Below are positions 1-8,784 of a DNA stretch of 64,000 nt, in pieces. Numbering within the stretch: position 1 is the stretch's first letter; every line of letters begins with the position of its first letter. The translations under genes were made by a program, and so were the position numbers. This DNA is from a virus. Lineage: Duplodnaviria > Caudoviricetes. Below the pieces are notes generated by a model. It had not been told where the DNA came from and searched no databases. It saw nothing but the letters and a program-made list of their open reading frames with translations. The stretch covers positions 59,451-123,450 of IMG/VR virus record IMGVR_UViG_3300042997_000909, one strand, 5' to 3'.

Positions 1-37
1 AACTTGTCAAAATACTCAATTTGAGTTAGTAAGATTG

Positions 38-562
38 TCAGAAACTTCCTTTAAAGTCGTTTATGTCAAAACCTGTAGAGTCGTCATTTCCTCTGTTTTT
101 ATTTTTGCGCTCAACAAACTCACGCATTTCAGCTATAATAGCTTTTAATGTTTTCTCATCGTTTGCTAATAACGCTGCAATCGCACGTTTTTGTGAGTCT
201 ACAAAAAACGCTTTGTCCTTTTCACTAAGAGAATCCATTGCATGCTTCATCATTGCTTTGAAATCATTCTCATCAGGAATATCATCACCAGAATGATCAT
301 GCTTTTGCGTGTTCATGTTAGCTTTTTCGTAATTGCTAAGTTCTTCTAAAACTTGCTCACGTGCCTCAGAAAGCTTTTCATGAAGTATGTCAATCACACC
401 TAGTGCAAGAATGGGTGAACATTTCATTTTCACAACCGCACCTATTGGTGTACCATCTTCACTTACTTCTAAAGCTACCAACATGTGGGAAAAATAATCC
501 TTTCCCACTGAATCTACTTCAAGCAACTTATGAAGGTCTACTAATATTGAGTCTTTGCTCAT
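38..562 (-). CDS. hypothetical protein (174 aa)
   Basis: Intact ORF, A-rich upstream context, co-oriented with neighbours. Confidence 0.8.
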   Translation of the reverse strand: MSKDSILVDLHKLLEVDSVGKDYFSHMLVALEVSEDGTPIGAVVKMKCSPILALGVIDILHEKLSEAREQVLEELSNYEKANMNTQKHDHSGDDIPDENDFKAMMKHAMDSLSEKDKAFFVDSQKRAIAALLANDEKTLKAIIAEMREFVERKNKNRGNDDSTGFDINDFKGSF

Positions 563-580
563 AGTTAATGTTTTTGATGG

Positions 581-892
581 TTATTTTACTTCTTGCGCTA
601 ACTCTTTCATTGTTGCATCACATTCTTCAATGAGTTCTACAATTGGCTTTAGCTTAGCCACTATGGAGTTTATCAGTTCATAGTACTGAGATTCTTTGAA
701 CTGTTGAACATGCTCTTCTGGTACTGAAATCATAGCGATTCCATTACCAAAAGGCGTGTCTACATTCTTACTGATCATGTTCTTATCAAGATTTTTATTT
801 AAACCTGTTAAATACTTCTCAAAGCGATAGTAAACCATAATCAATTCTTCATTTGTTAAGCCTTTGAAGGAGGCATTAGTGTTTTCACTCAT
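581..892 (-). CDS. hypothetical protein (103 aa)
   Basis: Intact ORF overlapping the upstream gene's stop (ATGA coupling). Confidence 0.8.
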   Translation of the reverse strand: MSENTNASFKGLTNEELIMVYYRFEKYLTGLNKNLDKNMISKNVDTPFGNGIAMISVPEEHVQQFKESQYYELINSIVAKLKPIVELIEECDATMKELAQEVK

Positions 893-1416
893 GGTAGTTG
901 AATTTGTGTGTCTAATTCATAAAAATTCTTTGGCAACAACTTGCGTCTGACAAACTCGTCAATGACTTCGCGTGTTGTGATTCCTAAGTTACGCAAAGTT
1001 GCAGTTTTAGGCAAATCTAAAAACCAATCAAAATCTTTCTCACCTATTGTTACATGAGGAAAAAGAGCATTGATGATCATAGTTTCAGGTCCAAATAGCT
1101 TTTTTGCTTTAAGAATGTGCAAGAACTGCTTAGCTTTCTTGTAGTCAGCAACAATTCTACTGAGTGTGCTTGGAGAGAAACTCGCAACTTGTTCAGGCGT
1201 GTATTCTTTAAGACCATACATTAGTCTACGATACATGTTACGCTGAACCATGTTGAGATGAATCTTCTCAATTTCCTCTTGAGTTACTTTAACTCTGTTG
1301 GAACGTGTGTTTTTGTTTTGCACAAGTTTGTCATACTTGAACATTTTTGCTTGTCCATTAGGATCATAAGCAACATATCCTTGTGCTGTGGCTGTAATTG
1401 ATGCAAATTTCTGCAT
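889..1416 (-). CDS. hypothetical basic protein
   Basis: ORF track 889..1446; likely start is the ATG at 1416 (MQKFAS) after an A/T-rich leader. Confidence 0.75.
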   Translation of the reverse strand: MQKFASITATAQGYVAYDPNGQAKMFKYDKLVQNKNTRSNRVKVTQEEIEKIHLNMVQRNMYRRLMYGLKEYTPEQVASFSPSTLSRIVADYKKAKQFLHILKAKKLFGPETMIINALFPHVTIGEKDFDWFLDLPKTATLRNLGITTREVIDEFVRRKLLPKNFYELDTQIQLP

Positions 1417-1442
1417 TGTAAAAAAGATTAAATTGTTAATAA

Positions 1443-1670
1443 TCAACGCTGTGCGCTATTTTTGTCATTATCTCTAGACCATAAGATATAGTCAAGAGGT
1501 ATCATGTGTGATAATATCTTTATGAAAAAGATATTCACTACTGTAATTGGGCTAAGAACAATGTGTGCGAGGTCAATAACCTCAAACTTTCCATTTTCTT
1601 TAACGTAGCCAAGAATAACTGTTGTGTTAAAAGCATAACATAACAGAGTAAGAAGATATAATGCGATCAT
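1443..1670 (-). CDS. small membrane protein
   Basis: 75 aa with two hydrophobic stretches. Confidence 0.65.
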   Translation of the reverse strand: MIALYLLTLLCYAFNTTVILGYVKENGKFEVIDLAHIVLSPITVVNIFFIKILSHMIPLDYILWSRDNDKNSAQR

Positions 1671-1673
1671 AGT

Positions 1674-1892
1674 TTATGGTAATGGATCCTCAAAATCGTG
1701 CGCAGCACACGGTGGAATTTTCTTGTTGACTGGCAACTCTGCTTGTCTATTCATTTCTTCACGTAACTCTTTCTCATAGAGTTCTTGATATTTGGCTTGA
1801 TCCTGCCAATAAGCGTCATCTACTCCATCATATGGATCTTCTTCTTGTTCTTTTTCACGCATTTGCATGAATAACTCTTTCATTCTACCCAT
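1674..1892 (-). CDS. small acidic hypothetical protein (MGRMKELF...)
   Basis: Tightly packed in the operon; MGxMKE start is common in small phage proteins. Confidence 0.7.
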   Translation of the reverse strand: MGRMKELFMQMREKEQEEDPYDGVDDAYWQDQAKYQELYEKELREEMNRQAELPVNKKIPPCAAHDFEDPLP

Positions 1893-1893
1893 C

Positions 1894-2136
1894 TTAGTAA
1901 TTTTTAGATTGATAATCTCTGATTTTGTTTAGCAAATCCTGATTGAAATTGGTAAAAAACCTTTTGTAAGCTCCTGAAATGCCAATTTGTGCTTGTTCAG
2001 TGCCATTGTAAGGAACATACCTACAACCTTTGCATATTGAAACTTCTTTACCTTCCTCATTGGTATAAGTTATGTTGACATCCAAATTAAATCCTATTAC
2101 AGAAGTAATAATGTCTTTCTTATATGATAGTGCCAT
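1894..2136 (-). CDS. hypothetical protein
   Basis: 80 aa ORF with 1-2 nt spacing to neighbours. Confidence 0.7.
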   Translation of the reverse strand: MALSYKKDIITSVIGFNLDVNITYTNEEGKEVSICKGCRYVPYNGTEQAQIGISGAYKRFFTNFNQDLLNKIRDYQSKNY

Positions 2137-2138
2137 TG

Positions 2139-2405
2139 TCAGTTCAGTTTTAGAAAGTTATACACTAATATTCCAGAAACTATTACAATAAACCCAATCA
2201 ACATCCAAAACAAAGGTCTCATCATCTTTTGTTCTCTTTCAAGATCATCAATGACATCTTCAATCATAGCAACTTGTGCTTCAATTTCATATCTGCGTTG
2301 CTTATACCATCTTTCAGCTGGCTCAGAAATATGCAAATCTTCCAATTCATTAAGGTAGTTGAGTTTCTTTTCTTCAAGTACCTTGAGTCTTTTACTTATA
2401 CTCAT
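2139..2405 (-). CDS. coiled-coil protein with C-terminal TM anchor
   Basis: Likely start MSISKR at 2405; C-terminal LFWMLIGFIVIVSGILVY. Confidence 0.7.
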   Translation of the reverse strand: MSISKRLKVLEEKKLNYLNELEDLHISEPAERWYKQRRYEIEAQVAMIEDVIDDLEREQKMMRPLFWMLIGFIVIVSGILVYNFLKLN

Positions 2406-2430
2406 TGTTTTTAGATTTAGGAGGTAAATA

Positions 2431-2607
2431 CTACGTTGTTTTTCTTGAATTTGCAACCATGGCAAGAGTACCACATACACCTGATAGCAAAAATGCTATT
2501 GTGCAATACATTAAGTCATCACTATTACTAGTCATAAACATACATGCAAACGATGCTAACATGCATCCTAGCATGATATACATTACAATTGTGTCAAATC
2601 TTTTCAT
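2431..2607 (-). CDS. 58-aa two-TM membrane protein (not in ORF track)
   Basis: Read manually: MKRFDTIVMYIMLGCMLASFACMFMTSNSDDLMYCTIAFLLSGMCGTLAMVANSRKTT*; fills the gap between genes. Confidence 0.6.
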   Translation of the reverse strand: MKRFDTIVMYIMLGCMLASFACMFMTSNSDDLMYCTIAFLLSGVCGTLAMVANSRKTT

Positions 2608-2636
2608 ACACTTTTCTGTTTTTAATTAATAATTCC

Positions 2637-2673
2637 AAAAAAAGTGGGTGTATACGCCATTGTACACACCCAC
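2637..2673 (-). terminator. intrinsic terminator
   Basis: GTGGGTGTATAC/GTACACACCCAC stem followed by a U7 tract on the minus strand. Confidence 0.75.
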
Positions 2674-2705
2674 CTTCATGGTCTTTTACAACCACTGCAA
2701 AATAT

Positions 2706-3095
2706 CTACTGTTTCTTCTCCTCTTTCTCCTCTTTGAAAAACTTGTGCTCTAACATGCGAGGTAACAAATCAAGATTGTAATCAATATCAGCATATGTAA
2801 CTGAACCTGTGACATCAAATCCCATTTTGAACGCATACTTCAAACGCTGAATGTTGCTTTTTACAAATTGAAAAATTTCATCATTCTTTTTGTACTCTTG
2901 GTCTAAAAGATTCAAGTAGTGTTCTTCTCCATTTCTTGCTGATGCAGTAGCTTCTTTCCAATATTCAATCTCTTTAAGTTGATTGTTTATTGTTTCTAAC
3001 GCTAAATCAAAATCAGCTCTTGTTAGTTTTGTCTCTTCAGACTTTGTACCATTTTTTTTAAGGTTGATGGTTCCTTTTTCTTTTTTTTCTGCCAT
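2706..3095 (-). CDS. hypothetical protein (129 aa)
   Basis: Intact ORF ending just before the terminator. Confidence 0.7.
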   Translation of the reverse strand: MAEKKEKGTINLKKNGTKSEETKLTRADFDLALETINNQLKEIEYWKEATASARNGEEHYLNLLDQEYKKNDEIFQFVKSNIQRLKYAFKMGFDVTGSVTYADIDYNLDLLPRMLEHKFFKEEKEEKKQ

Positions 3096-3219
3096 GATCT
3101 GTGTGGTTTTGATCCATTAAAAGTTCCTTCAAGGACAACTCTGTCCTCTCTTAATCCATCTACGCATATTGCGCAGACAATTGCTGTGTCTGATATACAG
3201 CGTTTACAAATGCTCTCCA

Positions 3220-3498
3220 TTAATCTGATTCTTTTCCTAAATGTGTCCAATCTCCATCTTCCAAAATCCATACGTCATCAACATAACCTGATGGGTTAAG
3301 AACATACATGGTTGATGGGAATTCAAGTACTATATGGCTATCCTTACGTTTTACAACACTAATAACCTTTTCTTTTTCATACTTGAGAACGCAATTTACG
3401 AATTTTTTCTCATCTTTTGTTAAGCGTTTTGAGTAGGTCTTTTGTGCATCAGCACTGGTCACACCTAATAGGACCATAATAAACATCACTATTTTCAT
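3220..3498 (-). CDS. secreted protein with Sec signal peptide
   Basis: MKIVMFIMVLLGVTSADA|Q: A-x-A cleavage followed by Gln, typical of Bacteroidota secreted proteins. Confidence 0.7.
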   Translation of the reverse strand: MKIVMFIMVLLGVTSADAQKTYSKRLTKDEKKFVNCVLKYEKEKVISVVKRKDSHIVLEFPSTMYVLNPSGYVDDVWILEDGDWTHLGKESD

Positions 3499-3749
3499 AT
3501 CTTTACTTTTTTGATACTTGTAATATGAAACATGTCTTTTGTCAAAAAACCATCAACAATGTGTCCATGTTTTATTAATTCTTTTGGTATTTCGCTGAGG
3601 TTACATATCTTATGAGTTGTAGAAGTTATTCTGCTTCCCACATCAATGTTGTCATCTGCAAGGTTATACATCTGTTTGATTACGACCCAATCATCCTTGC
3701 TCTTTTGTAGTACATTGCTCATTGTAACTACTTTGTCTTTGTTATTCAT
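3495..3749 (-). CDS. hypothetical protein
   Basis: ORF track 3495..3779; likely start MNNKDK at 3749. Confidence 0.55.
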   Translation of the reverse strand: MNNKDKVVTMSNVLQKSKDDWVVIKQMYNLADDNIDVGSRITSTTHKICNLSEIPKELIKHGHIVDGFLTKDMFHITSIKKVKI

Positions 3750-3856
3750 GTTTGTATTATTACAAAGGCATTTAACCACAAAAGAGTCATTCCTTGTAAG
3801 CCAAAGAATAACTCTAATGCAGTTGGAGAGTGAGCTACTTTAGCTCAGGACATATC

Positions 3857-4117
3857 TTACAGATTATCACTTGTGATAAGACTGTCAAGATCAGAATACT
3901 TACCAGAATAAACTTTCTTGGACTGCACGCCTTCAACCCATATTGAGTCTTCAGACACTTCCAAGTAGTATTCAATGTCAATGTTGCCACCAACATCAGT
4001 ATAATCTCCTTTTGGAGAAGTTTCAACTGGATTTGCACATGCTAATCCTATACAAAATCCTGCTACTAATGTACATAGCGCAATGATTGATACTAAAAGT
4101 GTTTGTCTTCCTGACAT
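3857..4117 (-). CDS. membrane-anchored/putative lipoprotein
   Basis: N-terminal hydrophobic helix ending GLAC, then an acidic domain. Confidence 0.65.
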   Translation of the reverse strand: MSGRQTLLVSIIALCTLVAGFCIGLACANPVETSPKGDYTDVGGNIDIEYYLEVSEDSIWVEGVQSKKVYSGKYSDLDSLITSDNL

Positions 4118-4137
4118 ATATTTTGAATTTATGAAAC

Positions 4138-4173
4138 AAAAAAAAATGGAGCCTCATGGTTATCCAAGCTCCA
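4138..4173 (-). terminator. intrinsic terminator
   Basis: TGGAGC/GCTCCA stem plus a 9-U tract on the minus strand. Confidence 0.6.
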
Positions 4174-4207
4174 GCCAACCTTTTTAGTAGGATTTTCTCA
4201 CATAGAA

Positions 4208-4417
4208 TTACTTCAAGCTCGCCTTGTACTTAGCCTTAGCAATCTTCAGCTCTAACTTCTCGCTTGGAGTTTTAGCAAATACACTTTTATCAATAGTCAC
4301 TCTGTGCTTATTGATTTGTATACTTAACTCCTCACGCAAGTTGTTAGCAGCGTTAGATGCATCAGACTTTGGTACAAGTTTCACATTAACTCTTGTGGCA
4401 AAGTGTAACTTCTGCAT
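4208..4417 (-). CDS. small basic protein
   Basis: Likely start MQKLHF at 4417, downstream of a TAnnTTTG box. Confidence 0.65.
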   Translation of the reverse strand: MQKLHFATRVNVKLVPKSDASNAANNLREELSIQINKHRVTIDKSVFAKTPSEKLELKIAKAKYKASLK

Positions 4418-4451
4418 TTGTTTGTATATAAAAACGTTAATAAATTTCTGA

Positions 4452-4459
4452 CAAAGGTA
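4452..4459 (-). promoter_or_regulatory. Bacteroidota sigma-A -7 box
   Basis: TACCTTTG on the minus strand matches TAnnTTTG, ~35 nt upstream of the 4417 start. Confidence 0.55.
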
Positions 4460-4490
4460 AAAAAAGGAGGAATGCATTACACACTCCTCC
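4459..4490 (-). terminator. intrinsic terminator
   Basis: GGAGGA/TCCTCC stem followed by a U tract on the minus strand. Confidence 0.7.
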
Positions 4491-4512
4491 TCGTTGCTTT
4501 AACTTCCCACGG

Positions 4513-4941
4513 TTATTGCATTGTATCTTCAGTAGACTCATGAGCGATTCTTATACAAGAAACCTCTTGAGCAAGAGCTAGTCTGTCTTCTGACAGACCA
4601 TTCTTCAGTTCTTCAAGCGTTACGTTGATCCATGTCTCTTCAATCCATTCCTGACCATCATATTCTCCAACAGAATACTCACAACCATCAGGAATATGAA
4701 CTAATACAAGTTCTGCATGATTTCCAGAGACAAACTCACTGCCTTTCTCTTCAAACAAGTCAATAAGAATTGGATCTTCTCTGTTTAAATCAATGTAGTG
4801 CTTTTCACCATCCATTTCTACAACAAGATTATAACTGTCATCAATAACAGTAAAAACTTTGTTGCTTCTTTTAAGCCATTCAAGACCTGCTTGAACAGAA
4901 GTTCCATAACCACCATAACATTTGTTCACTAATACTTTCAT
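4513..4941 (-). CDS. conserved phage protein of unknown function
   Basis: Motifs KVLVNKCYGGYG, REDPIL, IPDGCEYSVGEYDGQE match a widespread phage family (NxCYGGF...EYDGxE). Confidence 0.75.
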   Translation of the reverse strand: MKVLVNKCYGGYGTSVQAGLEWLKRSNKVFTVIDDSYNLVVEMDGEKHYIDLNREDPILIDLFEEKGSEFVSGNHAELVLVHIPDGCEYSVGEYDGQEWIEETWINVTLEELKNGLSEDRLALAQEVSCIRIAHESTEDTMQ

Positions 4942-4989
4942 ATTCTTTAAATTTACATTGTTTAAACATCAAAAAACTAATGATATGTT

Positions 4990-6080
4990 CAATGCCATAC
5001 TACTATACTTCATATGGCATTAGGAAATCACTCCTATAGGGTTCGCACGACTGGCGTATACCCTACAAACTTCATGCAGTGCACCTGTATTACTACAACG
5101 CTTTGAGCCTAAGCAACTATTTATACTCGCTCAAACGAGTTTGAAAGGCTGAGTGTTGACCTTTCATATCGTGATTCTGACAACTTTCGTCATCTTACAC
5201 ACACTTGCGGTTAAGCAAGTACACGACATACTCAACAGAATAGGTTTCTGTCTGACCACTACGTACTGGCTCATAGGTTCCTTTTCCTACCAACTTCCCT
5301 GCAAAGGATTTACAAGATGCCTCCTGTTAGTTAGATAGTAATCATTTCCCTTGTCATCTGTCTTGCGAACGTCAAACATCTGCATATTACAGCAGAATAA
5401 GAGTATTATCACCAATACGTGCTTGGACACTTTTGCTTTTCTCTTTAAGTTATAAAGTTTTAAGCGGTCCAGGAATTGTGAAAGAAGTGGCCCAAGCGCA
5501 CAGCATCATGCTACCTTTTGAGTAGTTTAGATACGACTTCTTTCTGTTTTCACCTGCCAAGGATACTCACTGTTCATTGTAATTGCCCACGGTATTTCTA
5601 CCAACAGACTACAAAAAACTAACAAACGCTTCAGAGTTGGCGACTCCTACTACAATTTGCTTACTACACTCTTCTATTGAGATTTCTCTCTCAAACTCCT
5701 GCCTGTCAGAAGTTCTGTAATACTGTGCATCAACCGTTAGGCCACAAGCACACCATACTACAGGGAATATAGTACCTTTCAGAAGACAGAGATTACTCTC
5801 TGCGCAATGTGCTACCAACACATCACTTTATACCATCACTGGTTTATCCTATGGTCACGAAGGCTGACCTGTTGTTTCAGTAACTCCACAAGGGAGCTTA
5901 ACGCATACGCCATGAGTATTTCAACTCTGAGGGCAACAACAATGTATACTTATGGTCAGGTTCTCACCCTGACCGTATCCCCCATTCTGCTATGTTTCAA
6001 GACAGACCCAGGGATTCTCACTTGTCTGTTATGGTGAGCCAACGCCAGCAACTTACTGGATAGACGCCTGGTTAAAGGAA
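4990..6080 (-). ncRNA. candidate giant structured ncRNA, GOLLD-like
   Basis: ~1.1 kb without a credible ORF in a gene-dense genome; minus-strand GNRA-capped hairpins (5591-5602, 5677-5694, 5787-5802), stem 5954-5974, long-range helices 5631-5639/5922-5930 and 5480-5488/5536-5544. Confidence 0.6.
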
Positions 6081-6098
6081 AGACGCCAATACTTTATC

Positions 6099-6467
6099 TT
6101 AATAGGTAATTTCAGGGATATACTGCTTGATATTAGCAAGTACTTCCTCAATAGTCCTATAATCCACTTTGACATAACACTGAGAGTCAATGTCAATATC
6201 TCCTTCCCATCCTACATTCTTCACACAAGAGAAATAGAAATACTGATGCTTATCAAGTACAAAGGTATACATAGTACACCTATAATCAAGTTCGCGGAAA
6301 TCTATCTTGTGCTTTTCTTTAAAAGACTCAGAAGCAAAAACATCAGGGTTAAGAGAACACAATGTACCTAATGCTATATTGTATTCATTACTACTAATAA
6401 AAGAACTACTATCTAATGTATGTTCTCTATCAAGTTCTAAGTATGCAATCATACGTGCTCTTTCCAT
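6099..6467 (-). CDS. hypothetical protein (122 aa)
   Basis: Intact ORF with A/T-rich leader. Confidence 0.7.
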   Translation of the reverse strand: MERARMIAYLELDREHTLDSSSFISSNEYNIALGTLCSLNPDVFASESFKEKHKIDFRELDYRCTMYTFVLDKHQYFYFSCVKNVGWEGDIDIDSQCYVKVDYRTIEEVLANIKQYIPEITY

Positions 6468-6506
6468 GGGTAAAAAAGTTTTGAAGGTTTGTACTGAAGG
6501 TGTGAA

Positions 6507-6522
6507 TAGCTATATAGTGTCA
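6507..6522. repeat. 16-bp motif TAGCTATATAGTGTCA, copy 1
   Basis: Exact match to 18973-18988; palindromic core CTATATAG; both copies intergenic. Confidence 0.7.
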
Positions 6523-6556
6523 CAATACTATGCGTTAATCACACAAAAACTCAAGA

Positions 6557-6600
6557 GTAAAGAAAGGTGTAGTGAGGGATTTCTCCCTCACACTCACCTC
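6557..6600 (-). terminator. intrinsic terminator
   Basis: GTGAGGGA-tttc-TCCCTCAC stem (GAAA loop on minus) followed by UUUCUUU. Confidence 0.65.
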
Positions 6601-6621
6601 CTCTAATGCAAGTGGATACTA

Positions 6622-7119
6622 TTATTCTCCACCAGGCAACATGCCTTTGCCACTGTTAAGTGTCTTAGACGCGCTAACCTCTGCCTGATTATCGTGAACC
6701 ACGTTCACATCATGCATTTGATCAGCGGTATCCCACTTAACAAAGCGTAAAATACGCTCTCCACCAGCAGTCAACGCAGGACCATCAGCACCAGCACGCT
6801 TGATATAACTATCAATTGCTTCCTCATAGGCCACGTCATCACGTAGGAACTCCTTCGCGATATCTGCAGGTACTTGAGATTCTAGGTACTCAAGTGCAAC
6901 CAATTTACCTGGTACTTGCAAACCTTTACAAGAGGTCACGAATGCCTCAAGCGTAGCGGTTTTACCACGTAAAAGACAAGTGCGCTTAACTTCGCGTACC
7001 CATCCAGCGGTCATTACAATAGCACTTTGCTCTAATTGTACATAACCAAAATCAGCGTTTGTGTCGTACGCTGTCACGATTGTGCCCTTCTTTCCAGGGA
7101 CGATTCTAACATTACTCAT
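6622..7119 (-). CDS. putative ssDNA-binding protein, paralog 1
   Basis: Clear paralog of 7961..8452 (FGY..LE, GW.R..KRTCL.RG, PG....EYLE...PAD.AK..LRDD, Y.KRAG.DG..LT.GG.RI.RF, HDN.AEV); SSB function is inferred. Confidence 0.55.
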   Translation of the reverse strand: MSNVRIVPGKKGTIVTAYDTNADFGYVQLEQSAIVMTAGWVREVKRTCLLRGKTATLEAFVTSCKGLQVPGKLVALEYLESQVPADIAKEFLRDDVAYEEAIDSYIKRAGADGPALTAGGERILRFVKWDTADQMHDVNVVHDNQAEVSASKTLNSGKGMLPGGE

Positions 7120-7142
7120 ACATCAAGAGTTTTAAATTAATA

Positions 7143-7167
7143 CTGAATTCATTGGGGGTTGTGGTGT
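7143..7167 (-). promoter_or_regulatory. 25-bp repeat copy 1, candidate phage-specific early promoter
   Basis: CTGAATTCATTGGGGGTTGTGGTGT; near-identical copies at 8536-8560 and 8785-8809; ~24 nt upstream of the 7119 start. Confidence 0.55.
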
Positions 7168-7379
7168 TGGACAAATCAGCGTGTCATACACCTTTCCTCA
7201 AGGGTGGCTTAGAACCTATCCTCACCTTGGGGAAAAAACTGCTGCGTATCGTATGCCTACCTGTGCACTCCCCTTCCCCCAAGTTGGGGACAAAAAACTG
7301 CACAACTTGACGCAATGTGTGATAGAGTGTACTCCATCCACTATGCATACTGTGTGCAGCTTGTCCCCAAGGGTTGATT

Positions 7380-7532
7380 TTATTTTGAGAGCATTGGCAT
7401 CAACATGCACGCCCAGAATACGCACATGAATCCAACAGCAGGTAGAATGTGTGTGCCCCTTGACATCAACACTCCACTAAATACACCCAGGCAGACCACT
7501 GCCCAGATGTATAACATCACTTGCTTTTTCAT
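7380..7532 (-). CDS. 50-aa two-TM membrane protein (not in ORF track)
   Basis: Read manually: MKKQVMLYIWAVVCLGVFSGVLMSRGTHILPAVGFMCVFWACMLMPMLSK*; ATGA overlap with the stop of the 7529 gene. Confidence 0.6.
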   Translation of the reverse strand: MKKQVMLYIWAVVCLGVFSGVLMSRGTHILPAVGFMCVFWACMLMPMLSK

Positions 7533-7870
7533 GCTGATAAAGAGTAATCACGTTTGCGATAGTTCTTCACTCTTGTGCAAGTGTAGGAAGACTTAACACT
7601 CTGGCGTCTATTTGCATAAGGCGCCCAAGTGATAAGCATGTACTCGCCAGGGAAATTCTTGTGGCGCTTGTTAGCAACTAAAGTCACTTGCAAGTCGCCA
7701 CATAATCCTGGCACAGTACTGGCCATCATGATTCCATATCCACAAGGAGATATTGCGAATCTGATACCTTCAACCTCTTCAACGTGAAATGTTAACACGT
7801 TATTCTTTTTCATCCAGCTGTGAAGAGGTGTTGAATCAAGCCACTGGAAATTGTAATTTGATGCTTTCAT
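7529..7870 (-). CDS. hypothetical protein
   Basis: ORF track 7529..7903; likely start MKASNY at 7870. Confidence 0.6.
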   Translation of the reverse strand: MKASNYNFQWLDSTPLHSWMKKNNVLTFHVEEVEGIRFAISPCGYGIMMASTVPGLCGDLQVTLVANKRHKNFPGEYMLITWAPYANRRQSVKSSYTCTRVKNYRKRDYSLSA

Positions 7871-7913
7871 GGGAATTGTTTTTAAAGCATTAATAAAAGT
7901 CACGCACTTAATT

Positions 7914-7950
7914 TAAAGAGAGACACGCCTGCGTGATAGACGTGCCTCTC
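7914..7950 (-). terminator. intrinsic terminator
   Basis: GAGAGGCACGTCT/AGGCGTGTCTCTC stem on the minus strand then UUU, right after the stop at 7961. Confidence 0.55.
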
Positions 7951-7960
7951 ATAGGACTGT

Positions 7961-8452
7961 TTAGAATGGTGCGTCCTCTGATTTAGCACCCTCTGCTTTG
8001 GAAGCAGCCACCTCAGCGATGTTATCGTGAGAGATGATGATGTCTTGGGTAATACCCGCTCCATCATACTCTGTGAATCTCACGATACGCTTTCCACCTT
8101 TGGTAAGGTGAACGCCATCTTGACCTGCGCGTTTCAAGTAAGGCTCAAGAGCTTCCTCAAGACTGATGTCATCGCGCAGGTTAGACTTTGCGACATCAGC
8201 AGGAATTTCATCCTCAAGATACTCGCGCACTGCTATGCGTCCTGGAAGTGTTTTGGTAGCAGCGACCAAATCTTCTAAGCGTGCAACAGTACCTCTCATA
8301 AGGCATGTGCGCTTAGAATCACGTATCCAACCCTTCTCAAAAGAGGTTGCAACGGTTTCCAGGACAATGTATCCAAACTCTTTGTTTGTTGAATACACGT
8401 TTACTAATACTCCTTTAGCATTAGCTTTGATAGTTACAGCGTTTGTTGCCAT
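7961..8452 (-). CDS. putative ssDNA-binding protein, paralog 2
   Basis: Start MATNAV at 8452 set by alignment with paralog 1; beta-rich body and acidic-aromatic C-terminus SEDAPF like SSB tails. Confidence 0.6.
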   Translation of the reverse strand: MATNAVTIKANAKGVLVNVYSTNKEFGYIVLETVATSFEKGWIRDSKRTCLMRGTVARLEDLVAATKTLPGRIAVREYLEDEIPADVAKSNLRDDISLEEALEPYLKRAGQDGVHLTKGGKRIVRFTEYDGAGITQDIIISHDNIAEVAASKAEGAKSEDAPF

Positions 8453-8535
8453 AATCGTGGGAATGGTTGACCTAAGCACCAAAAGGTTCAAATATAAAAT
8501 GTGTACTATAATTCTAAAGGCCATAGTACTGATGC

Positions 8536-8560
8536 CTGAATATCTTGGGAGTTGTGGTGT
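8536..8560 (-). promoter_or_regulatory. 25-bp repeat copy 2
   Basis: CTGAATATCTTGGGAGTTGTGGTGT, ~84 nt upstream of the 8452 start. Confidence 0.55.
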
Positions 8561-8784
8561 ACAACGTGCAAGGCAATGTGTGTTGGACAACAGGTTAATA
8601 GAAACACAGAGCATCATGTATGACACTCTGTGGTTCGTCCTGCGCAGGCACGTGGCATCCCACCACGTCTTTGAAATCACTTGCAATTATCTCTGTAGTA
8701 AGCGTATGCTTCTGACAAAGACAATGCAATGATTTGTACTCCTGCAATGTAGTATGTTTTGTACATTGTATGGATTTTGTTGTC

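Noticed and set aside
5020-5070. tRNA suggested by GGTTCG
   Set aside because: No cloverleaf could be built; it is a simple hairpin within the larger structured region
5250-5272. Group II intron domain V (GAGCC... on the minus strand)
   Set aside because: The remaining DV pairing does not fit and no gene is interrupted
5153-6037. Short ORFs 5153..5338, 5609..5821, 5807..6037
   Set aside because: Atypical composition, mixed strands and poor start contexts; better explained as ncRNA
8453-8686. N-terminal extension of the 241-aa ORF and antisense ORF 8166..8732
   Set aside because: Paralog alignment starts at MATNAV (8452); the extension overlaps regulatory repeats
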